This document shows positions 10,101-19,370 of a DNA stretch of 64,000 nucleotides, in pieces. The notes under the pieces were generated by a model that was not told the origin of the DNA, did not search any database, and was given only the letters and a program-made list of their open reading frames with translations. Origin of the DNA: Marsupella aquatica. Its lineage: Eukaryota; Plantae; Marchantiophyta. The DNA is taken from positions 15,344,330 to 15,408,329 of the forward strand of contig OZ316898.1 of NCBI GenBank assembly GCA_973895155.1, read 5' to 3'. Both the position numbers and the translations under genes were made by a program. How positions within the stretch are numbered: the first letter of the stretch is position 1; every line of letters starts with the position of its first letter.

Positions 10101-10827
10101 GGAGGAGAAGGCTACCTTGAAGAAGGAATTGGAGGAAGCCCACAGGGAGCAGGAGGAGGCCAAAAACGAGCTGGAGGGGGCACGTAAGGACCTGGATGAA
10201 ACCCAAGAGGAGTTGGAGGAAATCACGAGGAAGATGGAGAACCTACAGCGGCGGGCCGACAACCAAACAGAGCGGCTGAAGAAACAAGCCGCAGTATTTA
10301 AATGCTTAGCTGCAGCAGGTCCATCTCCCGTTGGGACAAACCAGTTACCAGGGGTGGTAATTGCCGAAGGACAAGCCGCGCCACCTGCACCAGTGCCGGA
10401 AGTAAGTGGGAAGGGGAAGGGACCAGTTGCCGAGCCACCAACGAAGAAGAAGCGGAAACCTTCAGGGTCAAGGAGTAATACGACTTCACAGGCCGTGGTG
10501 ATCAAGGAGGTAGACCCAGCACCGACCCCAGACAGGGTCACGGCTAAGGATCCAACTACCCTAGGGGAAGGGGAAGCCGAAGCCGTGGGAGTGGCTGAAG
10601 CCGAAGCCGTGGGGTTGGCTGAAGCCGAAGCCGTGGGGGTGGCTGAGGCCGAAGCCGTGGGTATTGCCGAGGCCGGTGTCGAGGCTGAAGCCGAAGGTGG
10701 ACCCAGTCAGGCCGATGGAGAGTTGACTCGGTCAAGGGCAGGTAATCTGTCAGTAGGCGGGCCAACGGCAGTGGCTGAGGAGGAAGTGTTGGGGGCGTCC
10801 ATTGAGGATCCACCACCGGTGTCGTGA
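7171..10827 (+). CDS. LTR-encoded protein: plant-transposon (Athila extra-ORF/Transposase_32-like) domain + long coiled coil + basic NLS-like motif
   Basis: 3.7-kb uninterrupted ORF; first ATG 7171, more likely start ATG 7429 (MSNVNQAAHFW). Motif GLEAFVRLPW...LLEFVGSW...IYGKDFYLTPKVIAEVFGLP; ~250-aa E/K/L/Q coiled coil; PTKKKRKP. Confidence 0.85.
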   Translation: MEPGQRPEVRLRVKTRLGLGRVKRRRLGRINGKKDQQRRGVRSACRRWWLICEHELGRRLREANYCQLLRQALGERVDTDDQPKEGMSNVNQAAHFWGCLFERATEYIKTYEDEESERAARERQELARLWELQKTAFLGGELIKDEFLWTPTSNQLDDLLFCKDSVVGIREAIKNCNDIHWELKGSTERWTQATVLGETSTAAEMKRKGAVNDEATPAKRTRSAAPKKPAEQQSRRQGEAEEEEVDPIKAIPTRDDTWKGWAATLPVEVQLHFAREEDACFTAMQTKKYQGFMAGSGLEAFVRLPWLKPEVPESDLLEFVGSWEPETNCTRIYGKDFYLTPKVIAEVFGLPMGNKTKVDTRKTLPDKEFRSFPGPSTKNGFFRNTCTNPHIGEMIDFLRVTMHCNLPRAEIGKAQVYLAERPDPSRDYNGYLLNQLKKILKEEQQVIGMGSVSRLGYHMPLLCRYARGQTFAPVLPLQVRAPEEAPTPRPLAEKPQPPASPTIEQVFRPRKEDLPMQQPGMQSLLKLLEKEKKSASATTTTTTATATMQDTTTEVGLHRLTRENPFAGDKERIRPESKPGVRMYVGTSSSKSEAELPEAPTEEEEREKPEIQEVEEAVEDCSHDNSGYGSDHYVPGVRTCGRFVPTLPRVVRGDPNQQSSPESPPPDVAPPSFDGIKQTVQEFQERIKQEEEAALAKEKDLPGGDWPEDIRRLAEKGSKPLATIEEIRRTAWEQRPRWAMPITSTYSTYAKNRAMEYGEMCGELALGIFGEELEVGPFFHREQLEKHQLEEAVALERSKKDEVIRRLRRMEAEIEDLRAAKKAQDELRIKRHELNIMQGQLDAAQADNQNIKDKLTQTQEELADTIKEREKWKQELKNTEEAHITANSRAMAETQRKEWALKGELEKIRRALEQKEVELGKSYQGIMALQQELASLTASFKADLREKDEMLEQTYAKMNQMESVIIAELDKELRATQEEKATLKKELEEAHREQEEAKNELEGARKDLDETQEELEEITRKMENLQRRADNQTERLKKQAAVFKCLAAAGPSPVGTNQLPGVVIAEGQAAPPAPVPEVSGKGKGPVAEPPTKKKRKPSGSRSNTTSQAVVIKEVDPAPTPDRVTAKDPTTLGEGEAEAVGVAEAEAVGLAEAEAVGVAEAEAVGIAEAGVEAEAEGGPSQADGELTRSRAGNLSVGGPTAVAEEEVLGASIEDPPPVS
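10572..10695 (+). repeat. 24-bp coding minisatellite (EAEAVG[V/L/I]A) x ~4-5
   Basis: Tandem GAAGCCGAAGCCGTGGGNGTGGCT-like units; absent from the A2 LTRs. Confidence 0.85.
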
Positions 10828-13800
10828 CGGTGCAAGGGCGCCGTTCCTTTTAGGGAGGGCGGACGTGGAGGGAGGAGGCGTGAGTGGGCAGGGCGGGCAC
10901 GGATCTCCACGTTTAGGATTAGGATCAGAACCAGGAGCGGCCCTGACACTTAGCTTAGTGGGATTACGGTCCCACTGGTAGGAGCAACACTTGTGCTCCT
11001 GCCTTGCTGTACATAGGTAGATTCGGGCAAGTAGATTACTGTTAAGTAGATTAGGCTTACGATGCAAAGAATGGCGGATCCACTACCAGGATAAGTACCT
11101 GGGCAGCGGGGAGCTCAGGGCCTCTTCTTTAGCAAGTTTTTAGTTTGCACCAGCCGGGCTGGGATCAAGTAGTACGAGAAGCTCTCGGTTAGTCATACAG
11201 TGACCCTTGTGTATATTCATGTTTCCTCATGCCTAAGAGCTGAATAGAGTTGGCCTCACGGCTTAGTTCGCAGAACTTGTGTATGAGATGTACTGTTTGT
11301 ATGGCAAGTGCATGGTATGACTCAGTCAGAATGAGTCATTTTGCTATTTGTGTGTCGCATTAACTTGTGTGAAGAGTGCCCACATCAACAGAAGGAAGGA
11401 AAGTAAGCAGGGGAGTGAGAGTTGGATGTGTCGAGCTGAGAGAGGTCTTAGCGGCTTAACCAAGCCTATTGGGGATCATTCCGGCGGCGGAATCCAAACA
11501 TACCTAACAAGACGGAGGGGAAGACAGGGGAAGACAGGGGAAGGCCTATATTAGGCCGGCTACGTATCTCATGACCCGATGAAGGATCTGTCCAGTATAT
11601 GTGTGTAAAATGTTAATAGTAGTAGTAGAAGGTTAGCAGCGTCCCATGCCGCTAAGCCGCAGAAACGGCCTCGCCAAGCACGAAACCTGCGGGAATCGGC
11701 TTGAGCTGGGGGGTTTCTTGGGTTTAGGGAGCCATGGGACGCACCACACAGCTCGTCCCCGCCCGCAGCTCGTCCCCACCCGCAGCTTCTCCCCGCATTG
11801 AGGTCCTCCTCGACCACAGCTCTTGCAGCTGCTAGGCCCAGCCTTTGATGGCCTTCTGCAATGTTTGTAGACAATGTTGCCTCCCTTCAAGCAGCTTGCC
11901 TTCCGTAGCAGTAGAAATCACCTATGCTCGAGCAACTTGAATGAAGTCACAACAATGGGAGCAGGCGGCGACGGGACTGTCAGCTCTCAAGCGCAACCTT
12001 CACAGCTCACTAACATTGCAGGACTGTAAAAAATGACCGGTTCACGTTGTTACCGTAGCATCCCTGGCACACCAAATCCTTTGTCTCTAATTCCACCAAC
12101 CAAGCGCTCGATGGTTGACAATGCGCAGCTGAGCTAGGAGAAGAACTGAATGATTGTGGCTGCTCTTCTCTGCAGTCCAAGCACCCGGCTGGCAGCTCCG
12201 CAAACCCTGATCGTAGCTGCAATCTCTACTCCGTTGATTGAAGAGCCTCCCTCTTCAAAGCTTGGTTGACCTAGCTCTACAATTGACGGAGCTTGTCATC
12301 CTCTGCATCAAAAACCCTCCACCACCCGACCTTCCGCGTACTTTAGGAAGCTCCTTACCACCAAGCGCTTCTCGGGGATGCCTCGCAACAATGTCCTTAC
12401 CACCTAACGACTCTCAAGGCTCTCCCAAACCAATGCAAACCCCTTGCAATCTAATACACTGTGTCCAAACAGAGGCAGAACTGTCAAAAGCGCTCGCAGT
12501 AGTGGACGCAACAATGTGAAGTGAATGAGCTCCGACCTTCCCTCGCAAAATGCTTACCCTAAACTCTGCTCGTATGCTAAACTCACAAACATTCCGCAGG
12601 TCGTTCTGTCGCAAAGCACAAATGATGGGGCCCAAACGCATGGGGCGCGGACACTCGATACTTCCCTTCACAAAAACCCAGTTTCATACGATGACCAAAG
12701 CATACTCACCCTAACCCAAGACTTAGTGCAAACAGGACCCTAAACGCTAATCCAGGGCCCGTTTCCGTTGAGTTGAGCCGTTAGGCTTGATAAGTCATGG
12801 CCAGAGTCTTGATGTAGGGGAACAATGTGGACTTAATTAGGCAACAAATGAGTACATTTGGGTGAGGGTAAAGGATAACTTTAAATAAATCCCTTTGGTG
12901 ACAAAGATGAGGCCACTTAATCAGTTGTGCCCCACCCTAACCCCCCCCCCTCCGGGCCCCCCTCATGGAATTACCTCTATCAAAAGTACCCTAAGTTATG
13001 AAAAGTACCCGTTACATGGACCTGTTTTGAGAGTTGAAAGATAATCAGAAGTAAAGGGACCATGGAGAAGAGGGGGCCAATGTAATTAAGTCAAGCATCA
13101 CTCATTCAAAATCCACATGGACATAGTTGGGTACTATATGAGACACCAGGGGACAAGACATTTTTGAAGGGTTGGCATATTTACCCTCATCCCTAAACTT
13201 GGATGTCGTGCACATAACATCCACTCTCCTACCCCAAGTACAAAACAACTCCTAACAACTTAGGCCCAATGTAGTCACTTGTGCCCAACCATGTTCATTA
13301 AGAGCCTAAATGTTTTCATTTCACCCACATTGCATGTTGTTGGGGGTTCCATGGTCTGTTATTATAATGTAACTCCTCATGTGAACTTTGTGAAATTTAG
13401 TATTTAAGGGACCATGGAGAAAGTAGGCCAATGGAGTAATTGGAACCATGAACCTTTTTGGTCACAAATAAGGCCATCTAATGAGTTATGCCCCTTGCTA
13501 TCACCATCTTTATAGAATTAACCCTCTTCAACATAAGTGATCATTACCCATGTAGTGCTAGACTATTCACCGTTCACAAAGTAGCAAGGACCCTTCTCAT
13601 AGTCATTTAGAGAACCATATAACACTAATAGTCTTTTGTAGTTTTCAACAAAACCGGCACAATGAGAGCGAGTCGTTTCAAGTATGGAAAAAGGACTTAG
13701 TGGGCTTAGTCCTATAAGGTATGGTCTAAATGGCCCCGGTTTCTACTAGTGCAAATTCTATAATTGCTCCATGATGTGTTATTTTACCGATCGTGCACCG

Positions 13801-14864
13801 ATGCTGCCCACATTTAAGTTTTGGGTGGAGAAGACCTTCGTTTCTGAGATGAATTGGCCTATTTTGCAAGTCAAATTTGTTGGGAAAAACTTTTATATGG
13901 TAGCATTCCCGAACATCGAGATTTTGCACTGGCTTGTGCCCCCTGGTTCTTGGAGTGAAAATTTTTATTCACTTTCCCTTGGGATCCTTCCTTTGACATC
14001 ATAAGTGAATCTTATACCTTATTGCCTGTGTGGATTGAGATTCCATTCCGCGCATTGCTACTTGAACCTTGTTGTCGGAAGCTTGCTGCGTCCTTGGGCG
14101 ACATTCTTCACTATATTCAGGGTGACGACCTGAGCATTTATCCACATGACATGGCCTGTGTACTTTGGGATACCAAGCGGGAGGTGCCATTGAGTGTTGA
14201 GACAGATCAAGGCTGATCTTTCTATATGGCAACCGGTAATATTCAAGAATTCCATTTCATTGCTTTAGCTACAATAAGAAGGGCCATTTAGCTCGAGACT
14301 GTCGAGGAAATGAGGTGCCCGCGCCTGTAACCACTCAACTTGCTGAGGAGCTGCCAACTCCCCTGGTTCCTACTCCCCTGGTGCCTACAACTACTGAGCC
14401 ATTGGTTGTTGCTGCATTGGAGGCTGGCGCCCTTACTTCAGATCAGCCAAGCTAACCTGCGACCATTGCTACCTTGTCCCTATCAACGGAGAGGAGTATT
14501 ACTCCTGTGACGCCGCCGGTACGGCGGTTAATGAGTGATTCGGTCTAACTGCGCTTAGCACGCGCATTAGGAGTATCTTAGGCCGCTATTATTAGCATAA
14601 CGACAGTATTTAGGTAATCATTATGGGTAGGACATCATTAGGCAATAAGGGGGAATTCAGGTTCGGACTGGTGGCGGGTCGCTATTCGCACACCCGGGTT
14701 ACGAGCGTGGAGGGGCCCCTCCCTCGGGTCCGTATAACGAACTTAAGGAAGCAGCCACTGACACGCACTGACTCAGACCTGCGGAGTGGCCGGTACACCA
14801 CAAGCGTGAGCGGTTCAGCCTATGGGCGTCGAGGAGACGTCGGGGGATCGACAAGCCCTCAAGG

Positions 14865-14871
14865 TATAAAA
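14865..14871 (+). promoter_or_regulatory. TATA box upstream of the LTR-B ORF
   Basis: GGTATAAAAGGGG, 108 nt upstream of ATG 14973, followed by a pyrimidine-rich leader. Confidence 0.55.
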
Positions 14872-14972
14872 GGGGAGCCAACCCTTTGTAGTGCACCAGT
14901 CCATCAGTCCACGCGCCAACTTTGACCCCAGCTCGCTCGTTCACTCTTAGTAGCTGCTGCTATCTCCTCTGA

Positions 14973-17657
14973 ATGTCGCACACGATCCTCTCCAGTTCGG
15001 CCGTTCGATTCTGGACGCAGTTCCTATCTACCGAGAGACACTTGGCCGACTCCTTGAAATACGCCAACCCGCGCCGATTCGAAATCGAACACGAGTACGA
15101 GAGAGCTATCCGCCTAGCCGGACGTCACCACTATATCCTTAACTTTGACTACCCATCTTAGAGCAAGCTTTACCGACCAACAGAGGTATCTGGGTACTTC
15201 TTCGATGGAGACAAATACATCGGTTTTTGGGAGGCATTGCTGCGGCTTTCGGACGAGGTCTTCAATATCCCGGGTACGATCGACCTACAACGACATCACT
15301 TCGACCACATCCCCGCTCAGGTTCGGGCTATCATCAATGGCAACTCCGGCACTACTCGTTCGACAAGGACATCTGCACTCGCTTTGGAGAACTTCTACCA
15401 GCACCTACAGAGCTTCATGGGAACTCGGCCATCAACCAACATGACCAACTCAGTCGAACCCGTACCCGTACCCATGCAACCTCAGGCTCAACCTCAGGCT
15501 CAACCTCAGGCTCAACCTCAGGCTCAACCTCAGGCTCAGCTTCAGCTTCAGCCTCAGCCGCAACCTAGCCAAACCCCACCACCAATCGCCCAGCCAGCAC
15601 AAGTACGCTCCGTCATCAACGTTGTGGATCTTAGCGATGACGACAAGGCTACCCCACCCTTGACCAGGCGGCCGAGAGGAACAAGCGCTCAGGGGGCCGA
15701 CACTATATCGTCCCCACCCCCTGCTCTGACCCCAGGAGCGGCCCCGGCAGACAACATGGTGACCGTGGCCGCCCCGGGCCCGTTACTAACGGCAGTGGCA
15801 CTACCCAGGCCCGATCGGGAGGATGGGGAAGTGTCACCTTCCCCGAGCCAGTCACGGGGGAAGAAGAGGAAGGAATCCACCACTGCATCCGGGTTATCGT
15901 TGGCCATGGTAGCCGTAGCCAAGGTGATGATGCACCGCATGGGGGAAAACGTTCACAAAAACATCCTCCATCCCAAGCATGCGGTGTACCTGAAGACTCA
16001 GGGATTCGAGCACCTCGCCTCCCTCCCCTGGAACACTTGCAGGTACTACGGGGAGGACATGATGGAGTTCGTCAGGAATTATGATGACGCATGTCAACAT
16101 ACTCGGCTGCGGGGAAGGAGTATGTCCCTCACGAAAGAACGGCTCAGGATGATCTTCGGGTTACCCGAAGGTGACCATCAAGTCGATCACGGGCTCCCGG
16201 GGGCAAGGGAGCCAAGTACCAATCTTCAAGTTTTCCCTTAGAGGGAGCAGTGGACAACGGGTTTGTGATGAGGTCCTGCCTCATCCCCGAGATAACTGAG
16301 CGACTGGAGTTCCAAAGGTACGCCCTCCACCTGATGGACCCCCGAGGTGAGATCTCCGCTGCCCAGGTTATCCAGGTCGAGAACTATCGACCTAGGAGGT
16401 GGGCATCGTACTTCGCCAAGAAGTTCCATGAAGAGATGGAGCGGCGAAGAAAGACGTTGTACATAGGCGGGAAGGCATATTTCGCTAGCCACATCAAGAT
16501 CATCCTCGAGTGGTACGCTCGGTTTGATCGGCGAACCCTTCCCCGTGTCAACGTTACAAAGCTGGTCCCGACTCGATGGGTTTTTCCGGCCTTGGAGCGA
16601 CAACCTCAACCCGAGGCCTGAAGTCCAGCAGACACGCAGGCTTCACCCACCCCACCTCCACAGGTAGCGGTGGTCGTGGCCGAGGAAGTACTGGAAGGGT
16701 TGGTGACCGCACCCGAAGCTGCGATCCAACCGACCCGGCCAAATACAGAAGTCGGTACCGTGGAGGCCGTAGTCGAGCCCGGGTCTCCCAAAGACCCACC
16801 GACGGCTGATCCGGAGAACCGGACGCTGCTGCAGGAGGACACTCCAACCCCTTCCAACACTACTTCCCCGGGGTTGGATGTCACTGCCCCGGCCCCCGCA
16901 CGTGTTGACGTCTGCCCGTGCCCAACTCCGGACAGGCATAACCTGGATCATCCGGAACTCTTCGTGCTGGGTACGTTTCTGAACGGGCTTCTGGGGGATT
17001 TCTCCCATCAAATTTCCCGGGATACCGGGGAGTTCATGGCCCGAAAGGTAGCCTGTTTCTTCAATCAGGAGTTGGTTGCCGCAGTAAAGGCAGGTCGGGC
17101 CCAGTCAGAGGCCCTTCAGAGGATAGAGCGGTATTGGGTGGAGTCCGTGTACCTAAAGAACAAAGTTGCAGCTCAAGAGGCTGAGCTTCTGCAACTACGA
17201 CCCAAGGTTGCAGCCGCCGATGAGTTGTTAGCAAAGGCGCACGCTCTTACCGCCCTAGCCGAACAGGCCAAAGCTGGGAACGAGGCCGAGATTACACGAC
17301 TCCGGAACCAGATTGACAGTTTGAAGAATCAAAACTGTCACCTGGCAGAAAGACCTGGAGGAGGCCGAGAAACGGGCCCAACGGGACACGACGGAGATAG
17401 CCATGCTGTAGGCCGAGATGGCGCGGCTCCAAACCGAGGCCGAGAAGCAGGACCAGCTGGCGGGTAAACTGACGAGCGACGCCCAGCAGTTGGAGGAGGC
17501 ATGTCAGGAGGCAACAGAGGAGACGGATGCGGCGAGGCGAGAGAACGAATCTCTACTGGACTAGGTCCAGCTCCTCAAGGCGGACAATGACAGGCTTCGA
17601 AGGCAACGGGATGGCCGCTCCCATTCGGGCGGCTCTGGCAAGCGTGCCAGGCATTAG
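14973..17657 (+). pseudogene. LTR-B-encoded protein, homolog of the family A LTR protein (in-frame stops and frameshifts)
   Basis: Pieces 14973-15161, 15237-16241, 16250-16621, 16670-~17350, then shifted to TAG 17655-57. LKTQGFEHLASLPW...MMEFVRNYD...LRGRSMSLTKERLRMIFGLPEG aligns by eye with the family A domain; C-terminal coiled coil. Confidence 0.8.
15477..15560 (+). repeat. 12-bp coding repeat CAACCTCAGGCT (QPQA)n
   Basis: ~5 perfect units plus degenerate units. Confidence 0.9.
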
Positions 17658-19370
17658 CAGCGGAGTAGGAATAGATTAGGATTAGGACTAGCTTAGTCAG
17701 GCTCTTGGGACAGGCACCTGCCTTAGGTACAGCAGCGCTGCCATGCTGTCCAACCTGCGTAGATTAGGATCTTCTAATAAGACACAGCCATTTTCCGGCC
17801 TGACTGTTAGCTTAGTTAGGACCTTAGTCAGCGAATCTTCGGCGAGAGGACACCCCGTCCCTCGTCCCTTAGTATTTAGTGCACCCCTCGGTAGAGGCAG
17901 GGGGGTTTTTAGTTTCAGAGTTGGACGTCCGCGGTATATGCGGGGAGTCCCGACCTTTGGGAATGAAAAAGTACCAAAGGGGGGGGGTAGGACTAAGCTC
18001 GTCGGGCAAGTGCGGAGCTGGGCTCCATTGTAGTGTGCACCCTCGACCTTGAACCTGTTCATTCCGGGGCTGTCGGGTCAACTAAGTGTACGCATATGTT
18101 CCCTTTGTAGTAAAATCCTTTCCCATCATTTTCCTTCGTGTAAATCGAGATTGTATGCATGTGCGCGTGTATGTGTGTGGGTTTCTCGTATATGGGTGGC
18201 AGTGCCAGGCCGAACGCACTACCCGAGACGTGCACAGGGTGCAGCCTGCGGGTAAGTGGTTGCGAGCATGGGTTGAGGACCTGTATCATCGAATCCGGAT
18301 CGAAGGCGGACAGCACGAAGGCTTAGAAGCCCTTAAGCCGGGGTCGATCCTGCTATCGACTAAGGTACGTTCCGGCGGCGGAACACAAACCATACCTAGG
18401 AGGTGTCCGTATTTAGCAGTATGCGCACTTAGCGCTAGTTTATGAGAATAAGGTGCATTACGTGCTTCCCTTCCTGCCCGAACCCTCAGATTTACGAGGG
18501 ATGTGCCCGTCTAAACTGAAGTCTGAGTTAAGGCCGAAGCCGACGACGTGACAACTCCCTTGGCTCAAAGTCTACCTATGAATGCGGAAGGAGAATTTGC
18601 ACTTTTTGGGAGTTCTCAAGATCTTGAGGGGGATTCTCGTGCAGTTGCTATTGACAAGGCAATTGATGAATCTACTGACGGATTGAATTTGCAAGCAATG
18701 TCTGCACATCTCTTTTTTGACATGAATGCCATCCCGGGAGTGCTTCATGACTTGCAAGCTATGAACAGGGACAAGCCTATTTTGAACTCTGTCACTACTC
18801 TTGAGTTTTCTTTCTTGCATTCCAAAACTAGTCCTAGTGCCACAGAAGTTGAACCAGTAGTGCCTATGCTTTTAAATGCTGGTGCTTCTGAAAAAATGGT
18901 AGAGGCCGAGGATGAGCATTCTACCCCTGAGATTCCCTCTGACATGGAGGTTTCTGAGTACGAGGGATTTATCTCCCGCACCGCCCAGAAAAAGGAGAGA
19001 GCCCAAAGTTGGCAAGAAGATCACTGCCTGAAGATAACAAAAAAGAGAAGGAAAATAAGAAAGCAAAAAATCAGGAATCTTTATAATTCACCCCTGATTC
19101 TACCTTGCAGGACGTGGAAGGATGGGTGACACCTGGACGTAAGCTGCAACGTGATCACAAGAAGCAATCTAAGGACTCTTCCCTAGAGGTGGATACGATG
19201 GTGGCTATATCTCGCAGCACCTCTCCTGGCATGGTACCCGGTTCCTCTGATATTTTACCGGGAATTCCCGCTAGTTCTACCCCCTTTGCTTAAATTGTGC
19301 TGCTCAGCTTGGGACGGGAGACTGAGCCGTGGGTGGTATACCTTTTGTGGTGTTGGTGTCATATATATGG

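Larger units (their letters stand above)
1..11748 (+). mobile_element. Ty3/gypsy non-chromovirus LTR retrotransposon, family A copy 1 (predicted ~15.6 kb; 5' LTR starts ~3.86 kb before the window)
   Basis: LTR-PBS-gag/PR-RT/RH/INT-PPT-LTR order. 1-831 is repeated at 10918-11748 (offset 10917) with only ~2 substitutions seen, so the insertion is young. Confidence 0.97.
7056..11748 (+). repeat. 3' LTR of copy A1 (4,693 bp, TG...CA, contains a long ORF)
   Basis: Starts TGTGATGCCT after the PPT and ends GACGCACCACA (imperfect terminal inverted repeat). Copy A3 starts at exactly this TG in unrelated flank (62279). The 5' LTR of A2 contains the ORF's 3' part. Confidence 0.92.
14506..18553 (+). mobile_element. 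Solo LTR, family B (4,048 bp), with 5-bp TSD ACTCC
   Basis: ACTCC(14501-05)|TGTGACGCCGCCGG ... CCGACGACGTGACA|ACTCC(18554-58). Imperfect terminal inverted repeats; no gag/pol; interrupts LINE ORF1. Confidence 0.9.

Noticed and set aside
7132-10827. Retroviral env gene
   Set aside because: No signal peptide or transmembrane segment; it is charged coiled coil with an NLS-like motif and lies downstream of the PPT.
841-10949. Many antisense and alternate-frame ORFs over gag, pol and the LTR ORF
   Set aside because: Shadow ORFs of purine-rich coding sequence with no recognisable motifs.
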